Positions 26,565 through 41,200 of a stretch of DNA of 64,000 nucleotides are shown one piece after another (the stretch's first letter is position 1; each line of letters opens with the position of its first letter). Source of the DNA: Squalus acanthias (Eukaryota); the NCBI GenBank assembly GCA_030390025.1, contig CM059432.1:102364001-102428000 (forward strand), read 5' to 3'. The notes below the pieces were generated by a model. That model saw nothing but the letters and a program-made list of their open reading frames with translations. It searched no databases and was not told the DNA's origin. The position numbers were made by a program, and so were the translations under genes.

Positions 26565-27612
26565 CCATTGGTTGTGGTGGTTGAAGGTCAATCATCACAG
26601 CCCCAGGACATCGCTGCAGGAGTTCCTCAGGGCAGTGTCCTAGGCCCAACAATCTAAAGCTGCTTCATCAATGACCTTCCCTCCAACATAAGGTCAGAAA
26701 TGGGAATGTTCGCTGATGACTGCACAGTGTTCAGCGCCATTCACAACTCCTCAGATAATGAAGCAGTCCATGCCCGGATGCAACAAGACCTTGATGACAT
26801 TCAGGCTTGGGCTGATAAGTGGCAGGTAACATTCGTGCCACGGAAGTGCCAGATAATGACTATCTCCAACAAGCGAGAGTCTAACCACTGCCCCTTGACA
26901 TTCAACGGCATTATCATTGCCGAATCCCCCACCTTCAACATCCTGGGGGTCGCCATTGACCAGAAACTTAACTGGACCAGCCACATAAATACCGTGGCAA
27001 TAAGAGCAGGTCAGAGGCTAGGTATTCTGCGGCGAGTGTCTCACCTCCTGACTCCCCAGAGCCTTTCCACCATCTACAAGGCACAAGTAAGGAGTGTGAT
27101 GGAATACTCTCCACTTGCCTGGATGAATGCAGCTGCAACAACACTCAAAAAGCTTGCCATCATCCAGGACAATGCAACCCGCTTGATTGGCACCCCATCC
27201 ACCACCTTAAACATTCACTCCCTCCACCACCAGCGTACCGTGGCTGCATTGTGTACCAACTACAAGATACACTACAGCAACTCGCCAAGGCTTCTTCGGC
27301 AGCACCTCCCAAACCTGCAACCTCTTCCACCTAGAAGGACAACGGCAGCAGGCGCATGGGAACACCCCCACCTCCAATTTCCCCACCAAGTCACACCCAT
27401 CCCGACTTAAAAGTATATTGCCGATCCTTCATCGTCACTGGGTCAAAATCCTGGAACTCCCTACCTTACAGCACTGTGGGAGTACCTTCACCACACGGAC
27501 TGCAGCGGTTCAAGAAGGCGGCTCACCACCACCTTCTCAAGGGCAATTAGGGATGGGCAATAAATGATGGCCTTGCCAGTGACGCCCACATCCCATAAAC
27601 AAATAAAAAAAA
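26565..27612 (+). mobile_element. Crack-like LINE 3' fragment (same family as 22765-24513)
   Basis: ORF 26700-27410 with FADD and LNWTSHI; same 3' tail. Confidence 0.88.
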
Positions 27613-27696
27613 TCATTTAAATAAAAAACAGTGGGTCCTGTACAAGACATCGTGCTGTGTTATCTTCATTACTAACAGTAATATTATCACCATTGA

Positions 27697-28670
27697 GTCA
27701 TAGAGTCATAATGGCACAGTATGAGGCCATTCGGCCCATCAAGTCCATGCCGGCTCTCTGTAGAGCAATCCAGTCAGTCCCATTCCCCCGCTCTATCCCT
27801 GTAACCCTGCAAGTATATTTCCCTCAAGTGCCTATCTAGTCTCCCCTTGAAAACATTGAGTGCCTCCGCTTCCACCACTTCCGTCAGCAGCGAATTCCAG
27901 GTCATCACCACTCGCTGCGTAAAAAAGTTTTTCCTCACATCCCCCTGTATCTCTTGCCCAAAACCTTAAATCTGTGTCCCCTAGCCCTGGTACCATCAAC
28001 TAGTGGGAACAGTCTTTCCCTGCCTAGCCTATGCAAACCCGTCATAATCTTGTACACCTCTATCAAATCACCCCTCAACCTCCTTTGCTCTAATGAAAAC
28101 AAATCCAGCTTCTCCAACCTGTACTTGAAGCTAAGATCCCCCATCCCCGGAACCATTTTGGTAAATCTCCTCTGCACCCTCTCAAGGGCCATCACATCCT
28201 TCCTAAATTGTGGTGACCAGAACTGGATGCAATACTCCAGTTGTGGCCTAACCAGCACTTTATAAAGGTTCAGCATAACTTCTCTACTTTTGTACTCAAT
28301 ACCTCTATTTATGAAGCCCAAGATCCCATGTGCTTTGTTAACCACTCTCTCAATATTTCCTGCCATCTTCAGGGACCTATGCACATTAACGCCCAGGTCC
28401 CTCTGTCCCTGCACACTCTTTAAAACTGTACCATTAAGTGTATATTGCCTCTCCCTGTTCCTTCTGCCAAAATGCATCACCTCACACTTCTCTGTATTAA
28501 ATGCCATCTGCCATTTGTCTGCCCATTCTGCTAGCCTTTCTATGTCCTGTTGCAGTCGATTGGTATCATCATCACTGTTTGCCACACCCCCAAGTCATTG
28601 GCAAATTTAGAAATTCTACTCTGTATTCCAATATGCAGGTCAAGAAAAGCAGTGGCCCCAGCACTGACAC
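27697..28670 (-). mobile_element. CR1 LINE 3' fragment
   Basis: ORF 27935-28585 (WQMAFNTEKC, LVRPQLEYCIQFWSP); GAGTCATA tail repeats. Confidence 0.88.
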
Positions 28671-28952
28671 CAGCTGTTGCTTGTAATTTAGCAAACAGAA
28701 CTTTGACTATAAGACAGTTTAGTCAAAACAGAACCCATATCCTCACTGCCAAAGAAATACTATTTGTTGCTAGAGCGGTTCAAACTCTTCCATTCAGCAC
28801 AGTTCAGATTAACTCCACTATTGCTCTTTAGCACTGGCAACTGGTTACCCTTTTAGAAAACAGCTCGTCATTGTTGTCTGTATGGGCATGGAAAAAAGAG
28901 CCACATCTTGTTTTTATGATGGTGGTTTCATGTGCAAGTGATGTGTTTCAAT

Positions 28953-29855
28953 GGCTTGGATTTGCTCCCAGTGGCGAAGGATAGGAATTCACCGTTCAAC
29001 TCGCTGACAGGTTTTAGTTCCGCCTCCATCGACTTGTGGCCAACCCATGCTATTTTCCCTTGATTGACCCAGTGGGCTTAGCAGGCCAATTAAGGGAAAG
29101 CCGGTTACAGGTGACGTCAGCGAGTAACGTTTCAGCTTTTGATAGATGAAATTTCAGCGTTTGACAGCTCTGTGAAGTTGTCAAACACTGACAATCTGTC
29201 CTCTAAGTTGAGCCCTTCCACTCAGATTCAGTTAGAGATCTTTCCTGAGCAGAAAGCAGAAGGCTGCAGCTTTTGATAGTTCAGTGGCCATTCTGCTTTC
29301 TGTGCCGATGAGATGAGGGACTCCCGAGACCTGAAGGGATGAAGCCTGCAGGAAGAAGTAAAGGTAAGTACAACTTATTAAAACACTTTACACTCACCTC
29401 ACATACTTACCTCTGCACACATGCACCCATCACTCACCTGCACACCGGACATCTCAGCCCCTCCAACCCCCGCAGACCAACGGCCCGCCTCGCTGACCCT
29501 GGCGTGGTTCGGAGCCGTCGGGAAGCCCACACTTCAGGGCTGAAAATAGGGATTCTCCAAAAAACTGCCTGTTAACTACCTGTTAACAGGCAGTTAATTG
29601 GCACGAATCCCCTTCCCGCCTCAGGGAGGCAGCTCCCTGGGAAGGGTACCCGCCTCCTGGGAAGATGGCACGGAGGCGGGTTGGGGGCGGGATGGGTACC
29701 CGCCCCCAGATTCTGCCATTTTCCCGGCAGTCCCGCCTCCTTACCCGCCTCCCCAGGGCTGGCAAAATCGCCCCCAGAAGTTGCTGTCAGATTTACCCTG
29801 CAATAATGGCGAGCGTTGATAGCCTCACCATTCTTATTGCAGCAAAATCCAGGCC
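28953..29855. mobile_element. Harbinger-type MITE, probably with a nested GC-rich element
   Basis: TIR GGCTTGGATTT / AAATCCAGGCC, TSD AAT on both sides. Confidence 0.65.
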
Positions 29856-31843
29856 AATATGATTTGTTCTTTCCTTGTGTGTTTGCAAGCAGAACTTTGA
29901 TTGCTGTCACTTACAAGATTTTCCACCAAAAGTGACATCGGCTCTTGAATACACCCAGTGATATACACACGGTCATTGCACAGAAATGATTGACTGATGT
30001 TATGTGTCATATTTTCTGTCATGACTGCTGGACACAAGGAATGCCAGTATGTTCATGGTGTTTAACATTGCTATGGTGTTTGGGAGGGTATTTAAATTGC
30101 ACTGTTAAAGAGCGAAATCGATTGCAGGCTGATTGGATTGCACTCTGCAATGCCACAATTTTTTGAATTGTTAAAAAAATTTCTACCTCCTGTCCAGCTG
30201 CCCTAGAGGCAACCAGCCCTATTCCACTGTTGTAGGAGTAAAGCCCACCCAACCAGCTTCACGTTGAGTTTCTACCAAGCCGAAAATACCAGCTAGAATC
30301 TATTAAATGGTTATTAGATGAATGACCGTTTAGAAATAATTCAGGTATAGTTCCAATCTTCTCTGACAGTGATAAGCAATTGATCTGTTCGAGTGACATA
30401 TTGATACAAGTGTCTTTTAAGAATTATAAACTGCTATCATACAGACCCGTGTTCCTAGCTAGTAAATAGTGCAGGTAAAATGTCTTAATTTTTCTTGTCT
30501 GAAGAATCTATTTCATCTTCTCCAAGTGCACCATGGAGAAGAAGTAGCTTGTCAAAATATACATGATGTAAGATGCACTGTGGTTGTTGTCTCAAAAATA
30601 TATTGATACACATCAAGGATTATTGTGAAACTGATTCAAGAATGAGGAAACCCCCTAGTGCACCAGGCAAATAACCCCAACAAGGTAGCAGAGTGAGCAA
30701 TTTCCACAGGCCATTGGATGCTATCACTTAAGCATCTGAAGTTACCACCTCATTATGAAGAACTCTTCCTTTTCTGAGTCCAGGATGACCATTTATCCCT
30801 CACATAGCCAGCAGCTCTACAAAATGTAATGTTTCTGTCCTTGGAGCCAGACAGGAAAATTTTGTCAAGAACTTACTCCAACTGCATTTGATCATCTGTT
30901 ATAGTAATTCATGGAATTAATTTTACAATCTTTAGATTAGGAAAAATCTATAACAAGGCAACTTGTCTGTAACATGTATTGTGTCCTAAATCTTTCTCGG
31001 ACTATCTAATGCAGTAACACAAAAGTCAGATGCTTTGAAAAAATGATATTTTTGTCACTGTACAAAGAAATCAGTAACTTGATTGTTAAATCAAGAAACT
31101 AAAGCTATTTTTCCTGTCCCAGTAGTTGTACCTCACTTCATGGGCATTCAATGCACATTGATGTTAATGCAACAAAAATACACATATACATGCATATATG
31201 GCATCACGCGTATACATAGCAATGGAAGCAGATACATATAATATTACAATCCTTACACTGCTGGTATCTCCTGTGGTGTTACACTTATAAAGTTGAAGAA
31301 TTAGTCTTTCTCTAACCTGTCGCTGTGTTAATGCTCCTCTTTGTCTTTGTCTCTCTCCTTATCTTTTTTGCTTATCTGTTGTCTTCTGCTTCTCAGTTTT
31401 TTTCTTTCCATTCACCCTCTCATATCTTCTCTCCTGCCTATTACCAGTGCTGCATTGGAGAACCTTGGAGCACACTCTCTCCCCTGTTGTGACATCAGTA
31501 GTACTTTTTCCTACTCAGACTTTGTCCCCCAGCCAGTTGAATCATCTGTTGCAGGCAGAATGCACCTCCCCTTTAAGAGGGCAGACTGCCTTTAAGAAGT
31601 GCAGGCTAGCTTTAATTGGTGTTAGCCTCACATGAACTTGGGCCCCCTGCTGAGCGTTCAGCCACTCAGCAGTGCGTTCATCACTGGGCTGCATGCCACA
31701 ATCATGTTAATCAGCAAGCAGCACAAAGTTAGCGTGCTGCTTGCATTACTTTGAACAGGTGTGAGTTGCTCCCACATTGTGATCCCCGCACCCGCTTTTG
31801 GGGGCTAACGAATTTCTAGTCATATTAATTTTATGGAATTGTA

Positions 31844-32025
31844 GGGGTAAAATTCAACTTCACCATGGGTGCAAAATGGATGGTAACGGAATGTCTATCT
31901 GTTATACATCCTGCCCGATTTTCTTTTCCCCATTGACGTCGATGGAAAGGGAAAATCAGGCAGAAGGTATAACGGACGGGCGATCCACTACCGTCCATTT
32001 TGCACCTCAGCCGAACTTAAATTTT
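31844..32025. repeat. Fold-back (palindromic) MITE-like element
   Basis: GGTGCAAAATGGATGGTA...TACCGTCCATTTTGCACC arms around central CCATTGACGTCGATGG. Confidence 0.65.
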
Positions 32026-34091
32026 AAAGTGTATTCAGATATTGTATAACTAGAGTGTGATTTACATATAGTTTCAGTACTAGTCATTTATTTTAAAACA
32101 GTGGCAATATATTGATATTAATAATTTTCCCCAGAGTTCAGCAGCTAAGGTTTTCCAGTTTTGTGCTCACCAGCGTATGATTTTCCATCCATGAAAGTGA
32201 ATGGACAGAAAATGGTGATCTGATGAATGCAGAAGCAGAAAAGGCTGGCAGCATCTATTAACCAGTTTATATCGCCAGTGCAAACACTGGTGCCTCATTA
32301 GTCAGATAGTCACAGCTGGTCTGTATAAAAACAGACTAATACCGACACATGCAGCATAATAAAGGCTCTAGTGAGTCTACCTCGGCTCTCTGACAGTTTT
32401 AGTCCATAAAACAGTGGCCTCTCTAGTCCACAGCTACCACTAATGCACTATTATCAAAATCTTGTTTTCACATACGTCTGTTATAGCCATCTTTATCTGC
32501 TTTTGATGGTGGTCCCACAGCTCAGATAGATATGTGCTTGCAAGCACACATTTGTAACCTAAAGCTGTGAACAGAGTTCAGAGTTATTGGGGTAAGTTTT
32601 CAAGTCCCCATTTCTGGCATGGAGCATTGCCAGCTGGGAGCACAGACTCGTAAAATTACACCCACTATACTGACCTTTCACCTCAACAGACTTGGACTAA
32701 ATCCAATCATGACTGATTGGATGAACATCCCTCTCTGCTGTCTGCATGAAGTTTGATTGGGCAATTCCTAGTGAGCACAAACCCACAGCACAAAACTGGC
32801 ACTAAATTGATAGTTTTATTCAAAGGAAGGGTACAAGGACTGTTGGGGTCCAGGAGAATTTTGGGGTATTGTACATGGACCTTACACTACACTGGTTTTG
32901 CTATGCCTGATCCTGATGCTGATGCAGGAGCATTCAATTTTCCAACGTTGACATCTCTCACCCTGAGGAGCACAAAAATCAAACATAAACAAAAATTAAA
33001 GCTTTATAATTAGTGGCTCCTCATTAACTCTGTAAATTAATTTACCAGTTTATAAATCTATGATAAACAATATTCCAACCTTTACTGATAGTCTAATCCA
33101 AGAAACCTAGAAGCTACTGGACCTATTGATAATTAAGAAATATTCTTCTGTGAGTGACCTCTAATGGTTTTTCACAAGTAAAACCTCCTCCATCACAAAC
33201 CAATAATTATTTAAAAGTATCTTTACTAGATTAGTGTAATAGATTGTGGAATGCAACAGATATTGCTTGCAATTAATAACTAACTATAGTTAGAGATTGT
33301 TTTTCAAAGCCTCCTTAGTTATTGTATTTGTCTGAATGCTTTCTTTATCATAATGCAAAGGTTCCCCCCATGCCTGTTTGAATAATAATTTTCCACATCT
33401 TTCCATATCTCACTGTATGAAACAACATTCTCCAACTGAGCAGGCAGACGAACAGCTGGCTCGAGGAACAGGGCAAATAAAGATAACATTTCAGGTGGCA
33501 GCTTTAATGCAATTTTGAGTTTTCAGCCTTGTGGGGAGAAACATTTATTAGCACTCACATTTTGTGGTTATTTTAACATAGACTGCTTAATAATGCCAAT
33601 TAGGAGCTTGTTAATGGCTCTCAATGCTGATTGATGCTATTTGCTGCAATAAAACCTCCACTAGCACCCATGACGTCCAACCTGAATTGGAGTTATTAGT
33701 CTGGAAATTGTTGTTAGCATTAAGTTTAACTCCTGCGATATCTGTGGGATACTGAACAGTAATTGTGGGAGTTCCATTTAACATGCACGCTTCCTGCTCA
33801 TTTTTCTCAGGTTGCCAAATTGCTGTTGAGGGAAAGTTAGTTCTGTTATTGACAGCATTGTGAACATTCATAACCGTAAAGTTTGTTATTTCTGGCATGT
33901 TGGATAGTTTAATGGAAAGTGTGCCAGAGGAGTGATTTTGTGATCCAGCACTCCCAGCCAGAAGTGTATTACTATCTCTCGTATTCAACCAGCTTTGCTG
34001 CAATCTGCTTATTTCACAGTTGATTGAAAGATGAGCTGCTGTATACTTCAGCTACAATATTCACTTTTTTTCAAACTATGTGGATTAGATT

Positions 34092-34320
34092 CAACAACAA
34101 CAACAACTTGTATTTATATAGCGCCTTTAACATAGTAAAACGTCCCAAGGCGCTGCACAGGAGTATTAAAAGACCAAACATTTGACACCGAGCCACACAA
34201 GGATAAATTGGGGCAGGTGACCAAAAGCTTGGTCAAAGAGGTAGGTTTTAAGGAGCGTCTTAAAGCAGGAAAGAGAGGTAGCGAGGTGGACAGGTTTAGG
34301 CAGGAAATTCAACAGCATAC
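34092..34320 (-). mobile_element. L2 LINE 3' end
   Basis: Encodes FKTLLKTYLFDQAF (L2 ORF2 C-terminus) with a (GTT)n tail. Confidence 0.75.
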
Positions 34321-34567
34321 TAGCAGGAGTACAAGATATACCATAAGAGCCGTCCCATCCCCTTCTGTCTCCTGCCAATATTCTTTTACTCACAGCTGAA
34401 AACAGTGAAGCAGTGAAAGACTAGGGCCCTGATATTTACTCGAAGATGTGTTGGGAGGACGGGGGTGGGGTGGGGTATGATATCGCGTGGGAATCCCAGA
34501 TGTAAGTTCAGCACATCTGTCAGTGGCTTTTTAACTCAGCCACCTCATTAGCATTTTAGTCCCGGGC

Positions 34568-37500
34568 TTGCCATCCAATCCGTGGCACCGTGAATCGAAT
34601 TGGCTGAAGACTGGCTTCTGTGATGGTGGGGACCTCAGGAGGAGGCCGAGATGGATCACCTACTCGGCACTTCTGGCTCAAGATGGTTGTGAATGCTTCA
34701 GCCTTGTCTTTTGCACTCGCATGTTGGGCTCCACCATCATTGAGGATGGGGATGTTGATGGAGCCTCCTCCTCCTGTTAATTGTTTAATTGTCCACCACC
34801 ATTCACGACTGGATGTGGCAGGACTGCAGAGCTATGATCTGATCTGTTGGTTGTGGGATCGCTTAGCTCTGTCTACAGCATGCTATATCTGCTGTTTAGC
34901 ATATATGTAGTCCTGTGTTGCAGCTTCCCGAGGTTGACACCTCATTTTTAGGTATGCCTGGTGCTGCTCCTGGCATGCTCTTCTACACTCCTTATTGAAC
35001 CAGGGTTGGTCCCCTGGCTTGATGGTAATGGTAGAGTGAGGGATATACTACACTACACTAAAAGGTATGAAGGTGGACATACAATGGCTAACATTCAAGG
35101 AAATAATGCATAATTTGCAACAAACATATATTCCTCTAGGGCATAAAAACCCAAAAGGAAAAGTGATCCAACCATGGCTAACAAAAGAAATTAAAGCTAG
35201 TATTAAGGCAAAGCAGGAAGCTTATAAAATTGCCAGAAAAAGCCTGAGGATCGGGATCTTTTTAGAAATCAGCAAAGGGGAAGCAAGAAATTGATAAAGA
35301 AAGAGAAAATGGAATATGAGCACAAAGTAGTGAAAAATATAAAAACGGATTGTAAAAGCTTCTATAGATATGTGAAAAGGAAAAGACTGGCGAAGGTAAA
35401 TGTAGGTCCTTTACAGTCAGAGACGGGAGAATTTATAATGGGGAATGAGGAAATGGCAGTGAAATTAAATAAATACTTTGTTTCTGTCTTCACGGAGGAA
35501 GAAACAAAAAACCTCCCAGAAATACGAGAAAACCAAGGGTGTGGCGAGAATGAGGAACTTAAAGAAATTATTATTAGTAAAAAAACAGTACTAGCAAAAT
35601 TAATGGGACTAAAAGTCGATAAATCCCAAGGACCGGATGACCTACATCCTAGGGTTTTGAAAGAGGTGGCCATTGGGATAGTGAACGCATTGGCTGTCAT
35701 CTTCCAAAATTCTATAGATTCTGGAACGGTTCCTGCAGATTGGAGGATAGCAAATATAACCCCGCTATTTAAGAAAGGAGGGAGAGAGAAAACGGGGAAC
35801 TACAGACCTGTTAGCCTCACATTAATAGTTGGAATAATGCTGGAATCTACTTTAAAAGATGCAATAACTGGGCACTTAGAAACTAATAGTAATATTGGGC
35901 AGAGTCAACATGGATTTATGAAAGGAAAATCCTGTTTGACAAACCTATTGGAGTTCTTTGAGGATGCAACTAGTGGAGTAGACAAAGGGGAACTGGTAGA
36001 TGTGGTGTATTTGGATTTTCAGAAGGCCTTCAATAAGGTCCCACACAAGAGGTTGGTGAACAAAATCAGGGCACATGGAATTGGGGGTAATATACTGGCA
36101 TGGATTGAGAATTGGTTAACAGACATAAAACAAAGAGTAGGGATAAACGGGTCTTTTTCAGGATGGCAGGCTGTGACTAGTGGGGTACCACAAGGATCGG
36201 TGCTTGGGCCCCAGCTATTCACAATCTATATCAATAATTTGGATGAGGGGACTAAATGTAACATTTCTAAATTTGCTGGTGCCACAAAGCTAGGTGGCAG
36301 TGTCAGTTGCAAAGAGGATGTGAAAAGGCTTCAAGGGGATCTCGACAGGCTCAGTGAGTGGGTGAGAACATGGCAGATGGAATATAATGTGGATAAAAGT
36401 TATCCACTTTGGTAGAAAAAACAGAAAGGCAGAGTATTTCCTAAATGGTGAAAGATTGGGGAATGCAGATGCTCAAAGGGACCTGGGTGTCCTTCTACAT
36501 GAGTCACTGAAAGTGAATGTGCAGGTTCAGCAAGCCATTAGGAAGGCAAATGGTATGCTGGCCTTCATTACAAGAGGATTTGAGTACAGGAGTAAAGAAG
36601 TCTTACTCCAATTATATAGGGCCTTGGTGAGACCACACCTGGAGTACTGTGTACAATTTTGGTCTCCTTACCTAAGGAAGGATATACTTGCCATAGAGGG
36701 AGTGCAACGAAGCTTCACGAGATTGATTCCTGGGATGGCGGGACTGTCGTATGAGAAGAGATTGAGTAAACTAGGCCTGTATTCTCTTGAATTCAGAAGA
36801 ATGAGAGGAGATCTCATTGAAGTATGCAAAATTATTACAGGGCTTGATAGGGTGGATGCTGGGAGAATGTTTCCCTTGGCTGGGGAGTCTAGAACCAGGG
36901 GCCACAGCCTCAGGATAAAGGGTAGGCCATTCAGGACTGAGATGAGAAGAAATTTCTTCACGCACAGGGTGGTGAATTTTTGGAAATCTCTACCCCAGAG
37001 GGCTGTGGAGGCTCAGTTATTGGGTATATTAAAAACAGAAGTCGATAGATTCCTGACTAGTAAGAGCATCAAGGGATATGGCGATAGGGCCGGTAAATGG
37101 AATTGAGGAAGAAGATCAGCCATGATTTCATTGAATGGTGGAGCAGGCTCGAAGGGCCGAATGGCCTACTCCTGCTTCTATTTCTTATATGCCGGGCCAT
37201 GAGGTTACAGATTGTGGTGGAATACAATTCTGCTACTGCCCCATAGCACCTCATGGATGCCCAATTTTGAGCTGCTAGATCTGTTCTCAATCTATCCCAT
37301 TTAGCACAGTGGTAGTGCCACACCACATGATGGAGAGTGTCCTCAGTGTGAAGACAGGACTTCGTCGCCACAAGAACTGTGCGGTGGTCACTCCTATCAA
37401 TACTGTCAGTGACAGATAGATTGATGAGAACAAGGCCAAGTAGGTTTTTCCCTCATGTTGCTTCTCTCACCACCTGCTGCAGTCCCAGTCTGGCAGCTGT

Positions 37501-37945
37501 GTCATTCAGCACTCGGCCAGCTTGGTCAGTAGTGGTGCTACACAGCCACTCTTGGTGATGGACATTGAAGTCCCCCACCCACAGTACATTCTGTGCCCTT
37601 GCTTCCCTCAGTGCTTCTTCAACATGGAGGAGGACTGATTCATCTGCTGAGGGAGAATAGTAGGTGGTAATCAGCAGGAGATTTCCTTGCCTGTGTTTGA
37701 CTTGATGGCATGAAACTTCATGGGATCCGGAATGAATGTTGAGGAGTCCTAGGGTCACTCTCACCCAACTGTATACCACTGTGCTGTCACCTCTGGTGTG
37801 TCTCTACTGCCGGTGGGACAGGGATGGTGATGGACAAGTCTGGGACGTTGGCTGAAAGGTATGATTCTGTGAATATGACTATGTCAGGCTGTTGCTTAAC
37901 TAGCCTGTGGGACAACTCTCCCATTTTCGGCACTAATCCCCAGAT
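34568..37945 (-). mobile_element. Crack-like LINE endonuclease-region fragment split by a CR1 insertion
   Basis: NVLWVGDFNVHH APE motif (37453-37779); 34568-34760 is homologous to the reverse complement of 22765-22930. Confidence 0.7.
35049..37190 (+). mobile_element. CR1 LINE, 5'-truncated, inactive ORF2
   Basis: ORFs 35291-36415 and 36387-37106 (frameshift); NYRPVSL, YLDFQKAF, GVPQGSVLGP; catalytic FADD changed to FAGA; CR1 3' UTR. Confidence 0.92.
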
Positions 37946-38245
37946 TATTTCAGAGGGCAGTTAAGAGTCAACCACATTGCTATGGGTCTGGAGTCACATG
38001 TATGCCAGGTAAGGGCAGCAGCTTTTCTTTCCTTAAAAGACATTCGTGAACCAGATGCATTTTTACGATAATCCGGTATTTTCATGGTTATCATTACTGA
38101 CACTAGCTTTTTATTCCAGTTTTGTTTAATTAACTGAATTTATATTCCCCAGTTGCCATGGTGAGATTTGAACTCACATCTCCAGATTATTAGTTTAGGC
38201 CTCTGGATTACTAGTCCAGTAACATAACCGCTATGCTACCATTCC

Positions 38246-41200
38246 CTATTTATCCAAGGACTCATGTAGACCATGCACCAGCTCAGATACTCACATGTCG
38301 GTGGGCCCAGGTAGACAGATGGTTGGGTTTTCACCTGGTGACCCACACTTCACAAGTGAGCAAGAGCAGATGGCGGTGGCAGGGGCAGCAGTGGAGAGTC
38401 TGCCTTGGAGGGCGCAGCCCTCTTCCAGCTCTGCTCAGCTCCACACAGACGCTGTACTTTGGGGGCCAACGTTGAAAAGGAAAATTAGTGAGCAGCAGCA
38501 GATAATGTGCGATGCACTGACAGGCCTTCCAAGCACACTGACCATGATTACAGAGAGAATGGAGGAGTCCTCATAAAGCATGAGTGTGTTGATGTCACAG
38601 GGCATTGCATGGATAGAGTGGCCATCTTCATGGAATATCAAATGCTCCAATCAAGTGAGTCCATGCACACTTTGACCATGGCCATGAAGACTCTGGATGA
38701 CAACATATTTGCCACCTTAAATAGGATGACAGATACCTTAGTCTTGGCCTTACAGCGCCACACTGATCTACACCAAAGTGCTCTCCAGCACACTGGTAGA
38801 AGTGAAATGCGGCTGGGCCATGAGAAGGATGATGGTAAACAGGGACATGGAAGTGGAAACTCCACTCAAAGCGCTTCCACCTGTCACCCGTTGCCCCCCA
38901 GTCAGTCGTCCACATGCTGTTTCATCTCCTGATGGCCGAGTCTGCCCCTGCACAGGTACAGGTGAAGCAGTCTTTGGTGGGGTGCTCACAGCCTCCAAAA
39001 CCCAAAGGTCATTGGCCATGAACAGCTCAGCAGTCAGGGCAAGGATCTGAGCAGCCTGCCTCTACCTCTGCTCGAGCCACAGGTGTTGCACCACATAGGG
39101 GTAGTACGAAAAGGAAGAGTATAGCTTTGTAGTTGCATAAATATAAACATGGGTGTCTGAGAAAATGTCATGCTGTTATGTTTCTGTTGTTTACTTAAAG
39201 CACATAAATATTATTCTTTTTGCACCACTTTACCGTCTTGTCCATTCTTGGTTGCTGTGTGGCAAGTCGCCCTTTAAGTTGTTTAATGATGAATGCGAAG
39301 ACATGAATTACAGAGACCAATAGGGGGATATGCAAGGGGTGGTGGATTGTTTGCAGGACTTCTTTGTGTCAGTGGCATTGGGGTGGGGGGAGTGGTGGGA
39401 AGAGTGGCTGTTCCATGTGCTTGTGGCATGGGCCCAGTGGTGCAACCAAAGTGAACCTTGCATTAATAAGGGCATCCCTGCCATCCCAGATAGTAATGTG
39501 AGCAGCAAGTGGTGCATTACCCTCATCACCTTCCTCCTCCTCGTCTTCCTCCTCCTCCTCCTCCTCTGAATCGACGAAGAGGATATGAGCTCTTCACCTT
39601 GTTCCTCCAGTAGGCCCAAACCTCGCTGCTGTGCAATTTTGTGCAGAGCGCAGCACACCACGACCATTCTGGAGACCCTGGCTGGTCTGTACTGAAGGGC
39701 GCCACCAGATCTGATTAGGCACCTGAAGCATACCTTCAGCATGCCAATGGCTTGCTCGATCACACATCTGGTGGTCATATGGCATTCATTGTAGTGCTGT
39801 TGGGCTTCATTGGTTGGCTTTCTGACGAGTGTCATCAGACAATTTTGAAGTGGGTCCCTTGTCTGCTAGCAGCCACCCCTTAAGTCTGAATCATAGAAGC
39901 ATAGAATCATAGAAATTTACAGCACAGAAGGAGGCCATTTAGCTCATTGTGTCTGTGCCAGCCGAAAAAATGCTATCCAGCCTAATCCCACTTTGCAGCT
40001 CTTGGTCCATAGCCTTGTAGGTTACGGCACTTCAAGTGCATATCCAAGTACTTTTTAAATGTAATGAGGGTTTCTGCCTCTACAACCCTTTCAGGCAGTG
40101 AGTTCCAGACCCCCACCACCCTCTGGGTTAAAAAAAGTTCTCCTCAACTCCCCTCTAATCCTTCTACCAATTACTTTAAATCTATGCCCCCTGGTTATTG
40201 ACCTCTGCTAGGGGAAATAGGTCCTTCCTATTCACTCTAACTAGGCCCCTCATAATTTTATACACCTCAATCAAGTCTCCCCTCAGCCTCCTCTGTTCCA
40301 AAGAAAACAACCTCAGCCTATCCAATTTTTCCTCATAGCTAAAATTCTCTAGTCCTGGCAACATCCTCATAAATCTCCTCTATACCCTCTCTAGTGCAAT
40401 CACATCTTTCCTGTAATGTGGTGACCAGAACTGTACGCAGTACTCTAGCTGTGACCTAACTAGTGTTTTATACAGTTCAAGCATAACCTTCCTGCTCTTA
40501 TATTCTATGCCTTGGCTAATAAAGGCAAGCATGCCGTATGCCTTCTTAACCAACTTATCTACCTGTCCTGCTACCTTCAGGGATCTGTGGACATGCACAC
40601 CAAGGTCCCTCTGTTCCTCTATGCTTCTTACTATCCTACCATTTATTGTGTATTCCCTTGCTTGCAGGTCTGAAGACATCAGGGAGCTTGGATTGCCGCA
40701 GGACGAAAGTATCATGGGAGCTCCCCGGGAATCTAGCACAGATTTACATAAATATCTTTTTGTGGTTGCACACCAGCTGCACATTGATCGAGTGGAAGCC
40801 CTTGCGGTTGACACATATTCCTGGGTGATCTGGGGGTACTCGGATTGCCACATGTGTGCTGTCGATGATGCCCTGCACCTGTGGGAAGCCAGCCAGAGTC
40901 ACAAACCCGAGCGACCGCTCATTCTTAATGGTGTCATCGCAGGCGCAGTTGATGTAGTTGCTGGTTCTGGCAAATAAGCCATCAGTCACCTATCTGATGC
41001 ATTTGCGGGCCGCCGACTGGGAAATCCTGGATATGTCTCCAGCAGATCCCTGGAAGGATCCGGAGGCAAAAATATTGAGGGCGGTGGTGACTTTGACAGC
41101 TACTGGTAATGTGTGGCCAGCAGGTCCAGCAGGCTGCAAGTCTTCTTCTAGAAGGCTGCAGATGTCTGCCACCACCGACAACCTGAACCTCCTGAGACAC

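Noticed and set aside
33611..34003. 130-aa ORF in unique DNA
   Set aside because: Non-ATG start, no motif, no clear splice signals
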